A stretch of 64,000 nucleotides of DNA. It comes from Pseudogymnoascus verrucosus (lineage: Eukaryota). The position numbers and the translations under genes were made by a program. The stretch lies in NCBI GenBank assembly GCA_001662655.1, contig KV460238.1. The stretch is one strand, 5' to 3'. The notes below the pieces were generated by a model, which had not been told where the DNA came from, searched no databases, and saw only the letters and a list, made by a program, of their open reading frames with translations. Of the stretch, positions 37,327 to 49,610 are shown in pieces; the stretch's first letter is position 1; every line of letters begins with the position of its first letter.

Positions 37327-37549
37327 GAGTGAAGTAGGAAGGAGCACAATATGCCAACAAAACATATCCTTCATGCGTTACTGAGTAAGTAGGAAGGAGC
37401 ACAGTATCACAAAGAAAACAAAGCCTCAATGAATTACTAATTCAATTCATAGAGGCTTTGTTTTGTTTGTGAGTAGGAAGGAGCACACACAGAGAGCTTT
37501 CATGAGTTACTAAGTGAAGTAGCCTTATTACTGAGTGAAGTAAGGAGCA
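37327..37549. repeat. Degenerate direct repeats (TTACTGAGTGAAGTAGGAAGGAGCAC family) enclosing a 29-bp hairpin
   Basis: GTAGGAAGGAGCAC occurs three times with two further partial copies. Inverted arms at 37407-37435 and 37444-37472 pair at 27 of 29 positions. Confidence 0.8.
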
Positions 37550-37787
37550 TGTGACTTCCACCCCACATCAAACAGAGCCCTCGGCTAAACGATATTCCGC
37601 AATCCGCAACTGCCCTGCGATAAACTCACCAATCTACAATCCACCCAAGCTTCACTCCGCGCCTTACCACTCACCAGCAACCCACCATTCTCCGCCATGA
37701 AAACGACAATACCACTTCAACCGTGAGCAACGCCCAAACCGGTCCCGTCCATCCACACCCACACATACACAGACACACCCACCCACC

Positions 37788-38488
37788 ATGTCATCCCACG
37801 CAATCCACCACGCGCTCCTCCGCCCCTGCGTCCTCCACATCCTACGCGCCGCCGGCTACCACTCCACGAAACCCTCCGTCCTCGACGCCCTCACCGACAT
37901 CGCCGGACGCTACATGCACCTCCTCGCGACATCGACGGCGAACCACGCCGCAGCCGACCCGACGGAGCTGGGGATCTCGATCGCGGATGTGCGGCTCGCG
38001 ATGCAGGATTGCGCGGCGATTGTGCCAGAGAAGGTGTGGGAGGATCAGGTGTTTGATGGGGAGGAAGATGTGAGGGGCGTGGAGGTGTTTGTGGAGTGGG
38101 CGAGGGGGGAGGCGAATAGGGAGATTAGGAGGGTGGCGTTGGAGGGGGGGGAGGAGGGGGGGGGGGATTATTTGATGGGTAGGTCTACTTGCTATTGTGG
38201 CGCGCAGGTGATGGGGGATACTGACTGTCTACAGCACTGAAGAAGAAACACGATAAGGGTGATGAGGAGAGCAGGTATACGGGAACGATTATCGGGCACG
38301 AGGCGGAACCGAGGGCGATTCCGGTGGAGGGGGGGGATATCACGAGTTTGAAGGAGTGGGCGGATATACTGCATAGGAACGCGGCGAAACAGACTGTCAG
38401 CTCTGAGGATACGTCACGGAGGCAGTCGTCGGAACTCAGTTCGGTGGGGGATGGCGATCAGGATATGGAAGGGATGGTTTTTTCTTAG
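37788..38488 (+). CDS. Bromodomain-associated histone-fold protein (TAF3-like TFIID subunit)
   Basis: HHALLRPCVLHILRAAGYHSTKPSVLDALTDIAGRYM and ISIADVRLAMQDC; one intron at about 38179-38234. Confidence 0.8.
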
Positions 38489-38642
38489 GGATCATTCGGG
38501 ATGGAAACACACAACACCACACACACACAACTTGCATAGCGAAGGCGTCACGGCGAACCTGGATTTGAAGAGGCACAAACACCAACAGAGATTTCATCAG
38601 CACAAAAAACCTCTCCAATTTCCGACTCTGTGAGAGTGAATC

Positions 38643-39083
38643 CTACACCGCGCCCGTATCCTCATCCACCCCCCTCGCCTCCCCCCCACCATCAACATCC
38701 CTCCCCCACCTCCTCTCCTCCCCCCACCTCCCCCTCTCCCCCTCCTGCTCCCTCTTCTTCCTCTCCATCTCCCTCGTCAACGAATCTTCCTCCCCCCACC
38801 CCGCGCTCTTCTTCCCCAGCTGCGCGTCCATCACCGCCCCCTCCCCCGGATCCGCCATCTGCTCCCCCTCGAGCTCGGCCTGGGGTGGTCCGATGCCGCG
38901 CGTGGGTAGGATGGGGGCCCCGTTGCGGGGGTGGTCGTGCGGGTGTGAGCCATGGCCTGAGGCGGTGGTGGAGCCCATGGTGTTGGCGCTTGTGCCGGGT
39001 TGGTTGGCGTTGGTGGTGGGGGTTAGGGTGGTGGAGGTGCCGTGGATGGCGTTGAGGTAGGTGGTTTGTTGGGAGGTTGTCAT
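38643..39083 (-). CDS. Small hydrophilic hypothetical protein
   Basis: ATG at 39083 (MTTSQQTTYL...) with an open frame to 38643, containing AELEGEQMADPGEG...GWGEEDSLTREMERKKREQE. Shows the same C-to-G polarity as neighbouring genes. Confidence 0.55.
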   Translation of the reverse strand: MTTSQQTTYLNAIHGTSTTLTPTTNANQPGTSANTMGSTTASGHGSHPHDHPRNGAPILPTRGIGPPQAELEGEQMADPGEGAVMDAQLGKKSAGWGEEDSLTREMERKKREQEGERGRWGEERRWGRDVDGGGEARGVDEDTGAV

Positions 39084-39764
39084 GGTGGGATTGAAGGGTT
39101 GATTGTGGTGGTGGTGGTGGTGCGCGGGATTGGCGCTGGAGGAGTGTTTGAGAGGAGGCAATACCTAAGGAGTTGATATGGGATGGATTGGGAGGCATTG
39201 TGGTGGTTGGCTGGGGATTTGATACTGGGCGAGCTGTGACGTAGTTTTGAGGGTCAGAGGGGACAGGTTATTTTGACGTAGGTTTACTGGGTGAGACTGA
39301 TAATAATATTAAATGGCCATGACTACAAACTCAATGCTTGATATTCTATATTTTATATCTTTCCTGTCCTAGGATCACGGGATAAATGTCTTACTCGTAA
39401 TATATGTCGGTGGTGGCCGATGAGAAAGTTTCAATTGCGGCTACAAGCTCCCAATGCCAAGGGTATGACGGGAGGGGCCAAGCTACGACATACATCCACG
39501 ACGACAAACACTCAGCCTCGTCCTCGTGCCTCGTCCCAACGACTTCAGAAACCAATATCTCTCGGTTTATTTACACAATCCTTTCCCCACACGCCATTTG
39601 AACAGTTCTACACCTCAGATCTCACACCCCACCACACGACCACAGCTTCCCAAGCTCCATCGTCAATCTCGAAACCCTCAACTACCCCGCCATGCGGCGA
39701 TAACCCGACCAACCTACCTCATCACCACAACACCACAACACCCACCCCCCCCCTCCCCAAAAAA

Positions 39765-41246
39765 ATGCCCTACCCCTTCACCCTCCCCACCACCTCCCCC
39801 CTCCGTCTCCCCTCCCACTTCGACTCCCCCACCCACCCCTCCCTCCCCCAGCACACATCCACCCTCCGCGCCCCCCTCCGCTCCTCTCTCAAACACCACA
39901 AGCGCCTTCCCCCCCCCCAACGCGCCTCTCACCTCCCCTCCCTCCTCAACACACTCGAAGCCTACTACCCCGCCCTCCTCGCCCTGGACGCCGGTCTCAC
40001 CCCTTCACCAAGCCTCGACGTGGTGTTGACATCCACCCCCCGCTTCTCGTGGCGCCCGACACTCACGAGCAGTTTACCCGGAACGAAGAGGCTGGAGCTG
40101 AGCTCCCTAGAGTACGAAGTCTTCTTCACCCTCGCCACGCTCTCATACCTACACACCCTCCTCGCACGCACAGCCCTCCACCCCCTCTACACCACCACCG
40201 CCGCCTCCCCCACCCCCAAGGTCCGCACGACTCTAATAACGAAAGCAACGAAACACCTCCTCCAATCCGCACAAATCCACCTCTACCTCGCCCAGCGCGC
40301 CGATACTTTACGCACAACATCGCCCCTCACACCCCCCGCCTTGGACATCAGCCCCCCCACCCTCCGCGCCCTCTCCTCCCTCGCGCACGCGGAGGCGACG
40401 CTACTGGCCGTGTTGAAAGATGACCCCTACCCCGCGGCCCTAGCGCAGGAGCGGAACGAGAACGACAAAGAGTGGATGATCCGCGCGCCCTCCATCCCGA
40501 AGGTGCGCGCGCACTTGTTCGCGAGACTGTGTTTAGCAGGCGCCGCGCACGCGGAGACGGCTAGTAGTTTGCTAGCAGGGAACGAGGCGACGGAGGGGAA
40601 ATTGCTGGGGAGGGTGGGGGCGGGGAAGGTGGATGAGGGGCTGGTGCGGTATGTGGATGACCTGCGCCGCGTGGGGAGGGCAAGGGCGTGTAGGTTCTTA
40701 GGAATCGACCGTGATCTCGACGGCAAGACGGGTGAAGCGATCGCCTGGCTCCGCGCGGGTATGGCGGAGCTAGGTCTCTCACCCCCCTCCTCCTCCTCCG
40801 ATGACGCCAGCGGCGGGAAGAAACGCAGCGGTCTAGGACTCAGCCGTCTCAAATCCAGCATCTCCTCCAAACGCGAGGAAAAGCGCGTCGAAAAATCCGG
40901 TGACTGGGGCGCTGATGCGGGGAAGGCGGAGGAGGCTAGGGTGTTGGCTGCGCTGGAAACGAAGTGGGTTAGGGAGAATGACACCGTCAACTCCCAGCAC
41001 ATACCCGATCCGGGGGCGTTGACGGGGGAGATGCCGAGTGGGAGGGAGATTTATACGGTTAAGGCTTGGGAACCGGTTGTGTTGGGGGGGGAGGAGTTGA
41101 GGAGGTTGAGGGGACCGCCTGGGGGGGAGGGAGGGGGGGAGGGGGAGGGGGGGAGTAGTGATTCTGAGGAGGAGGGGGGAAGCGGGGGGAGGGAGGCGGA
41201 TAGGGTTGTGGTTGGAGCGTTTCCGGGGAGTGGGGGGTATTATTAG
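39765..41246 (+). CDS. palC: pH-response regulator PalC (BRO1-domain)
   Basis: Starts MPYPFTLPTTS. LAHAEATLLAVLKDDPY, ENDKEWMIRAPSIPKVRAHLFARLCLA, GKTGEAIAWLRAG, KW.RENDTVN.Q and MPSGRE; ends in YY. Confidence 0.9.
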   Translation: MPYPFTLPTTSPLRLPSHFDSPTHPSLPQHTSTLRAPLRSSLKHHKRLPPPQRASHLPSLLNTLEAYYPALLALDAGLTPSPSLDVVLTSTPRFSWRPTLTSSLPGTKRLELSSLEYEVFFTLATLSYLHTLLARTALHPLYTTTAASPTPKVRTTLITKATKHLLQSAQIHLYLAQRADTLRTTSPLTPPALDISPPTLRALSSLAHAEATLLAVLKDDPYPAALAQERNENDKEWMIRAPSIPKVRAHLFARLCLAGAAHAETASSLLAGNEATEGKLLGRVGAGKVDEGLVRYVDDLRRVGRARACRFLGIDRDLDGKTGEAIAWLRAGMAELGLSPPSSSSDDASGGKKRSGLGLSRLKSSISSKREEKRVEKSGDWGADAGKAEEARVLAALETKWVRENDTVNSQHIPDPGALTGEMPSGREIYTVKAWEPVVLGGEELRRLRGPPGGEGGGEGEGGSSDSEEEGGSGGREADRVVVGAFPGSGGYY

Positions 41247-41725
41247 AGGACGGGGGGGATGGGTGTAGGAATCATGTATGGGATGGGATGGGGGTTATGT
41301 GATGGATGGATAGAGAGATTAATATCACAATTCGATGTGTCAAAAAGAGTTGAAAGCGAATCAGAACTAGGTGAAGTAAAGTGAAGAGAAGTGTAGTTTC
41401 AACTCGTTTCTATAATTGGAACATCCAAAAAAAATTACATATGGAACAAATGGTTGTTAACAACGCCCTCCTCCCTTTCTGATACCTTACATGCACCTTT
41501 CCCTTCTTCCCCCTTTTCCCATTTTCTCCACATCATCCCGTATATATATCTTACAACAACCTTTCAGCAAAAAAGAGCGTCTATAACAAACGACTCCCCG
41601 AGTAGAGCAACCCGCCTGGTGACTCAAGCCAACCTGCGCCGTGCCCTCCTCGCTTGCAAGGTGACCCCATCATACAATAAACACACATATTGTACAAACC
41701 CCCCCTACTAGCACACACTCAGCAC

Positions 41726-42804
41726 TTAAAAGCTGCTTCCCCTCTCACCCCTATCTCCTCTGTCACCCCCCCTCGGCGCACGATCCCCGCGTCCACCACC
41801 ACCACTCTGCCTCGTAGTCATAGAGTAATCCAACCTCAACGCCCTATTATAAACCTCCTTCCCCTCCAACGCCTCCGCCGCCTTAACCGCAGACTCCACA
41901 TCCGTGAAATCCGCATGCGCGAATCCTCTCGGCTGTCCGGTACGGCGATCAATAGCAACACGGACATCGATGACGTTGGCGATGTCGCGGAACAGCTTGT
42001 TCAGGTCGGCATCGGTCATCTCGAAGGCGAGGTTGCCGATGAAGAGGGTCTTGGAGGGGGGGTTCTTGGGCTTGACGGTCGAGCGCGTCTTGGCCATGTA
42101 GTTGACGATGAGGCGGCGGCCTTCGAAGATGGTTTGGTTGCGTTGGTCGATGGCGTTGCGGGCGGATTCGATGTCTTTGAATTCGATGTATCCGAATCTG
42201 CTGTGCGTTAGCTTTGTGCTCCTCAATTTCTTATACTCCAGGAGGAAGGGAGGTAAACGTACCCCTTGCTAAGACCTCTGGGATCCTGCGCAATCCGACT
42301 CGACACAATCTCGCCATACGCGGCAAACTCCCTCTCCAAATCCTGCGGCGTAACCTCAAACAGCAGATTACCCACATACACCGAGTTCGTCGGCTGCAGA
42401 TCCATCGGCGGCCTCGAGTTCGGTCTTGTCCCATCCACACTATCCATTCCAAAGCCACTCGCCCCAGTCTCAGCCGCCGCCGCAACAGCGGAGCTCACGG
42501 AAGACTGCTCAGAGGCATCGGTGGAGATGGGCTCGTCAGACGACGCGGTGGTGCTGCTGTTGTAGCGCTTGAACGCCGAGATGACGGATGCGGATTGGCG
42601 GATCGAGAGGGGGGTGGAGGTGCGCGGGGCGGCGCGGAGGAGGGTGCTCGCTGGGGCGGCGAGGGCGCGGGCTGCGGCTCTCTTGATGAAATGCCTGTTG
42701 AAATTGTTAGTATTCGTCCGATACGGCGGCGGATTGGATGATTTCCGCGGGAGAAGGGGGAAGAATTGCAACGGCGCTCTTCCGCGTCAAGGGGAGACTT
42801 ACAT
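41726..42804 (-). CDS. Two-RRM RNA-binding protein with a predicted mitochondrial presequence and RGG-like tail
   Basis: RNP2 VYVGNL and LFIGNL, RNP1 KGFGYIEF and RGFAHADF. Introns 42695-42802 (splits the start codon AT|G) and about 42199-42262. Confidence 0.82.
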
Positions 42805-43867
42805 GATGATGGAGATTGGTTTGTGGATTCGAGGGAAGATGGATGTGGTGGAATGAAGGATAGATGGAATGTTTCGAAAATTATGGTCTCTTGCTCGGGG
42901 GATAACTTTTCGTTCGGACGGGCCTTGCGCTAGGCTGTGTTGAGAAATTGCTTGAGCTAGCGGATTATATCACGCTCCGAGACGGGAGGAAAAGGGAGAG
43001 GTCACGTGCCCATAATAACCTTGTATGCTGAATCAAGACTCTCCCACTACCTAACAAAGCTGTCACTGGGCGAGTTATATCAAGAATAGGAGTTCGGTTT
43101 TCAGTTGAAACGTATTTGGCTAGTAACATAGCTTGATTATTCAGTAGATTGGTTTAGATACTTCATTCAAAGTATCTCTATCTTCTACACTCCGCCTCTC
43201 CACCCCGTCTCTCCCCAGGTCATCGCACATATCCCATTACTTTAGTCCCGACCCATCCAAGGGTCATCTGGGGTAACGACACTGTCCCAAGACCCCATGC
43301 GGTCCCTCAAGCTGGTATTCCCAAGCCATCATCAGCCATGCCATGCCATCCAAAGCCAACCCCCCTCCCCCTTCTCTCCCACCATCTCAAAAAAAATCGC
43401 AGCTGTCAACAAAACAGATGCGAGGGTATAACAATTACATGTCTCTCCCACCCCACCCCACCCCGTTCCCCCCTTCCCACCACCCCCACGGATCCAAACC
43501 AAAAAAAAAAGGAGGCAAAACCTAATACACCGATGTGATAACAATGAGCTACTTTTGCGAGCGCATGTGCCGATAAAAAAAAATCCCCGCCCAAAAATAC
43601 AATAGATTAGAACAAGAGGTAAAGGAGGCAAGTCCTATAGCGACAGAAAGATACCCGGCGGCGGGCATAAGAGATGGGCAGTACATATGCTGATAGATTG
43701 AAGTCGTCGAGATGGGCGCCACATTCGCTGCGGTAGCCGTAGTCGTTCGCTATGATGGCGGGGTATAGTCCGTCCGTAGACAAGACCGTCATCCGCGTTT
43801 TTCATCCGCGCCGATATTAGAACAGATAAATAGCTAAAATATGCAGTCATGATATGCGTGGATGGAA

Positions 43868-45620
43868 TCAGACCCGTGGCTGGTAGGGAGGTGCGTATCC
43901 GTTGGTAGCAGGCCTCTCCTGGTGGTATTGCACCCCCGTCATGGAGTCCCCGGGCTGCTGCTGCTGCTGCTGCTGCGGGAAGGGCGCGGGTATAGGTGTG
44001 TTTAGGCTCCGCAGAGGGGGAAGGCCGACTTCAGGCCGGGCTTCTTGGCGGGGGTGTCCGCGGTAGGGGTCGTTGCTGTAGTTGTCGACCGGTGGTGGCG
44101 CTTGGCTGACTGGGACGGCGTGCGGTTGCGCCATGTCGCCTCTCATTAATGAGAATTCGTGGCGCATTGTGCGGACTTCAGCGCGGAGCTCGGCGACCTC
44201 GTCTCTGCTCCTCTGCAGCTCCGACTCTTTCCGCGCGTTGTCCGACTGCATTTGACGGTAATGTTGCTCTAGGTTTTGGCACCTGTCTTCCTGTGCCTTG
44301 TGCTGTGCGATAGCTAGATTGTATGTTAGTGATTATTTCGCATCAAATGAAGGGAAGTAAACTTACATTTGCTCAAGATCTCCCACTTGCTTGTCTTGTT
44401 ACCGCGTTCCGACGGTAGCATTTCCCGTAACTCATCGTACAGCTCCTTCATTTCGTTCCTACGCTTCCGTTCCGCCAACTTGTGGCTCTTGCGAAGCTCA
44501 GGCGTACGACTATAAGGTTGTGTGCTGCCCGGCGAGCCGCCCTCCTCATCGCGGATATCGCCGACCTGGCGATGTTGCAGGGAGTGGTGGTGGTGTGCGG
44601 CACCGTGGAACTCAGACGAGCCGCGGTTCATCTGCGGGAACTCGGTTTGGGGATAGCCATCCTCCAGACGCCGTTGGCCGTGCGGTAGGCGGGATTCGGT
44701 GGTGTACTGGCTGCTAGCCATAGACTCTGCAATGCTGCTGCGGCGGGACTCGAGGTACGACGTCGCATGGCTCTCGATTTCCGAAGGGTTCATGGAGATG
44801 CGACGATCAGTGTCGTCAGGGAAAGCCCATGGCTGTCCCTTTGTGGGCTCAGCCGCATTGGCAACTGCACTGGCGGCGGGGCCCGTAATAGTAGGCGCGG
44901 TTCGTACATTATACCGTTGAGAGTTGGGTTGGTATGCGTTTGGGAACCTCGGCGCCGAGAGTCTGTCCGAGTTGGACACGCTCAGCCCCGGATTCCGCTG
45001 CTGCTGCAGGCTGCTCTGTATGGAGGTGGTGGATTGGTTGTTGCTCGCGTAGGGGGAATTGCCCTGGAGTCTCATGCCCTCGAAGCCGCTGTTTATGCGC
45101 CCGTCTACGCTCTCGCGCCTCGAGTCGGCCACCGACGTTGTCGACACTCTCTGGCCAGGCGCATTGTAGGCCGGGTTGAGCTTGGCGAGCATGCTTTCGT
45201 CCATGCTGGAAGGTGTCGTCGGGGAAGTCACCATTGACGTGATGGACATGCCTCCAGACACGGGGGAGGCCAGAGGTTGGGGGGCATGCCCGGTTGTCGC
45301 AATAGGCGACGGTGTCATATCGGCGGTGGAAGATTGGTAGCCGTTCGACGGCGACGGGGTAATGGAGCCAGTGTTCTGGGGCGCAGCTATTGAATTATCT
45401 GTGTAGAATTGATTAGCATGCGTCGAGTGAAGAAGAAGTCGGCCCGCAGAGTGAGCGGCCTGGGGGGCCCGGGGGGTGAATCCTCACGTTTGCTGCCGTC
45501 GCCATTCGTACTGGCGCCCGAGTAATAAGCCGAGTCTCGCTGTTCCTTGGTGGGGTTGAGGACGTCTACAATTGTAGCAACCGGCGTCGGTTGCAGAACA
45601 GTTGGTGTTATATCGTTCAT
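43868..45620 (-). CDS. bHLH transcription factor of the Esc1/DevR/Hpa3 type
   Basis: PYSRTPELRKSHKLAERKRRNEMKELYDELREMLP..KTSKWEILSK (bHLH). Two introns, near 45.4-45.49 kb and 44.31-44.37 kb. Confidence 0.85.
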
Positions 45621-48600
45621 GGTGTCAGAGAGAGAGAGAGAAGAAATGCAAGCACGAGATGCGACGACGATTTCGTCGGGGATTGCTGCAGAGGGGGATC
45701 ACAGCAATTTGACGGTTGGGGGTGGTGGTAAGCCAAGCTAAGGCGCGGCGCGGCGGCGCAAAAACGTGGAACCCAGGGCTGGTCTGGTAGCGATGTCAAT
45801 TGATTTGTAGTGACTGGAGGTGGTGTGCCGCAGAATGTAGGATCGGGAACAGTTTGTTCTAAGTTTTTTGGGTATAGATTGTTTCTTTTTTGTTTGATGA
45901 AAGGACAGTTTCTTTTGGAAAACTTTCAAGTAGAAGAAAGGGAAGGGTTCGAAAGAAGAGAAGGAAGGGTAGTAAGTAAGTATAAAGTAGTGGAGTGCGT
46001 GAACCACGAGATTGTTTAAAGTGAAGGTAGGAGGAGGAGGAGGGTAGGTAGGAGACTACTACGGAGAGAGAGAGACAAGCAGGAAGGTAGTGAGAGTGAC
46101 AGAGTTTAGGGTGGGCTAGGTGGGTTAGATGGGTTGGATGGGTGGTAGTTTTTGTAGTGGATGTTGTAGTGGTACATAGTTCGGTATAGAGCGAGTTGCG
46201 ACTAGACAGGGAGTGTAGTTGTACTGTACCTAGTCGTGGTAGTAGTGGTACCTTTTTTACTAGGAGTAACTAGGAGTGAGTGTATCTTCTTCTCGGAGTA
46301 CGGTTGAGTTTAGAGAGAAGAGAAAGAACGCCCAGGTGCCCAGGTGACCGGGGGGTGGAGGATATAGGGCGGGGCGGGGCGGGGGGCAGGGGGACAGGGT
46401 GTGGGTGGAAGAGAGGATGGGGGTGTGGGAGGGATGGGAGGGAGGGATGAATGGGTAGTGGTATGGATATGGGTGGTGGTTGGATGGGTGGTGGGAGAGG
46501 GACAGGGTGTGTATGTGTAGATGGTTAGGGGTGGGAAGGAGGTGTGTCCGGAGTAGGAAGGGACAGGGGTAGGAGATCGGGATGGCGTTCGAGAAAATGG
46601 AGGCGGAAGGGAGGGTGGTGGAGGGAAGGGAGGGTGGTAGTGTGGTAATGACGAGTGAAGGGGATGGGATCACCTCCATCGGGGAGACACGAGCAACGCA
46701 CGGCGTAAGAGTGGAATCCAAGTACGGCCAAGTCCTACCTACTCGAGAATCCTCCGTGCATCGCCACTGTTGATTAGGTCGAGTGTACCTAACATGCCCT
46801 TTCAATACCACAATACCACATTCTTTTACCAGTGCGCGAACCCGTGTGGAGGATGGATGTGGAGGATGTTTCGGCGCCGTAGTCGCGCGGTGGGCAGGGT
46901 TCGAAGTGGTCTACTACCACTACTACTGCTAAGCTAACTACTACTATACTACACATACTACCATACTACTACACTTATTAGCCAAGTGGGGCATAGGCCC
47001 GCGTGAATTGGGCGAGGGCCGGATGGTCAATTGCCCTGATCCAGGTGATCCTTGACCAGCTAGACCGGAGTAGTGAGCCTACCTACTCTACATCCTACCT
47101 TGACCTAACTAAGCGTAATACCAAGAAACGTAAACTAGTCCAGTAGTAGTAAGAGTGGAGTGGCGGTTGCGTGCCAAACTTGTGTCCTACCTTCACCTCT
47201 GCCCCTGTCTACGTCGTCTGATTGGCTCATAGCTGCTCGGGTAGCGGAGGAAGGGGTCTCAGATGCTTATCGATTATAGGCTGAACTAGAGCTAGAGGCT
47301 AGGACGGAGATCCCAGGAAGGGTATGTGACCCGGTATTCTCGACGGTACAGACTGTACGGAGCATATCCCGTGTGTAAGACTAGGACAGCCACGTTGTTG
47401 ATGACAAGACGAGTGCCTCCAGTGGAGTAGGTGGTGGTGGGATGTGGATGTGAGGTGTGGATGTGAGTGAGGTGTGGATGTCGTGAGGTGGATGTCGGTC
47501 GGAGCATGGTTGGAATAAGGTAGACTACTAAACAATATGTACGTAGAGTACTCTCCGTGGCCTGTGGAAGACACGCGAAGAAAAGGCGATGATGATCCCC
47601 GAACCACCCACGCCGTCCTTGGCTCTTGGTAGTATCGGCGAACTGAACTGAACTGAACTGAACTCTGCTGTAACTGTAAGCTGTGGTGATGGTGGCTTGC
47701 CTATGCATGCGCGCCCATGTTGGTCCGATCTTGTCTCACTCTCCCACCACCTCCTCTCCGTTGCCGCCGCTCTCAATGACTGCAAAGTGTCACGAGGGTG
47801 GTGAGCAGTGAGGACGATCGAACGAGGTGTCGAGTGTCAACCTCCCTTTCCTACCCGCCCGGTCATCTCACCTCTCTCCCCCGACCGACCGACCGACCGA
47901 CCACCACACACACACGGCTACCTGCATCATCTGCCCGTGCAACATTAGCAGGCGCAGGTTACACCTTTCATGTGTATCCGTGCGTATGCAAAACCGAAGT
48001 GCACCGTACGTACGTACTGTACTGTCCAAAGCTCAGGCAGGCGCGCGACATCCATCGCCAATACCTGCGGTGGTTGGGGCGTCTTCCGTGCGACCTGGCC
48101 TGCTAAGCAAGGGATCTCTGACTTTCATCGAACGCCCATTCAAGCCAAGGGGTTGGTTGGCTGACTGGCTGGCTGGTTGTGCAAGGGACAGGCAGCCAGG
48201 CAGACAGACGCCGAGGGAGGAACGCAGGTAACGTCTATTTTCCTCCTTGTGGCCATGAAACGTCCCTCGGTCAATTCGTTATTATCATGAGATAGCTGCT
48301 GCGTGCTGTATTATAGCCCTCCCTTCTCTCGGTTTCTTTCCCATTATAGGACGTGTGTGTCTGTGTGTTTGTGTGTGTTTGTGAGATCGCCGCAAGCATC
48401 CTGGTACTTGAGCTTATCTCGGAACTAACATCCCCCGCCAACTTCGCGATTGGCGGGCGCGCGAATTCAGGAACGGGTGCTTTTTCTCACGTGGCAGGTG
48501 GTGGGTGACGACGTTGTGTCTGGATAATGGATATACACAAGCTACGAACCACCACCAACACCGCTACTAAAAAACCGACTCAATAAACAATTTGTTTGTG

Positions 48601-49552
48601 AAGTTGTGAGTAACACAAAACTATCAACTCCTCAACTTTTAGATTCCGCATAATTGTTTGGTCAAACACCCTGCCGCGCGCTCTGACATTGTCTTTGCCC
48701 ACTGAGCCTCGGGACGCCCTCCCTCTGTCACTTCTTCTCTACCTTCCCATCCATCCCCTCCCCTCACTCCTCCCTGTACCACATGTGATACCGTGAAGCC
48801 AGGTAATTATTCCCAGGAGGTCGTGCGACACTTTCCTCCGATCCTGCTCGATCTCGCTCTTCCCTATAATTACATACCGAGGCCAGTCAAAGGTTCCGTG
48901 CGTCGGTCGGTCGGTGATGCGGGAATGGGAAATATGATGCCCGGCCATCTTCACTCCCTGGATTCCGCTCGATCTCTTCATGACTGCTGCAACGGGAATA
49001 TCCGTTCAAGACAGCTAGGTGTGTGCGACAAACTGGGTAATAAAAATCCATACCTCCTCCTTTCCCGTTGTACCCGCTCCGTCCTCCCTCCCACCGGCCT
49101 ACGTTAGATATACAGAATAGACCGACCATTTCACTATCTAATCAGTCCTCCCACTCCTCCCTCTCCTCGTCATTTCTCTCTATTCCCCAGCCCATCCGCA
49201 TCAACGGTACCGCACCCACCACACCCCTAGAACAACTACCATCCACTAGACCCCCCCATCCATCCCACCGCGTCGGTCCAGCCCACTCCCCGGCCACGAG
49301 TCCTGTGCCGTCCCCCCCGTCCTCCAGCCGAGCACACGGCACGGCACCCCCCCCTCGCGTGCTGTAACAGTTCTCCATCACCTACATGAAAGCCCTCTCG
49401 GCGAAAGAAAAGTGGGGAGTGCGGTATGAAGTTTCCCGGATCCCCCCCTTGCCCATCCACTTTACTTTCCCTAGATGGCAGATCCCCGAGTGCGTGGACA
49501 CACACATAGGCACCGGCGTGGTGGATTTTTATGGGAATTCTTGTGGGGCCGT

Positions 49553-49610
49553 GGGGGGGGGGGGGGGGGGGGGGCCGGGGGGGGTGGGGGGGGGGGGGGG
49601 GGGGGGGGGG
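49553..49610 (+). repeat. Poly-G tract (G22-CC-G8-T-G25)
   Basis: Read directly from the sequence. Confidence 0.9.

Noticed and set aside
39456..39461. PacC site GCCAAG upstream of palC
   Set aside because: A single 6-mer is expected by chance.
39420..39764. 115-codon in-frame N-terminal extension of PalC
   Set aside because: Low-complexity C-rich sequence rarely contains stops, and the family-typical start MPYPFTLPTTS with an AAAATG context is at 39765.
47030..47065. CCTGATCCAGGT resembling part of a TPP riboswitch
   Set aside because: The remaining conserved TPP aptamer elements are absent and it is not in a thiamine-gene intron.
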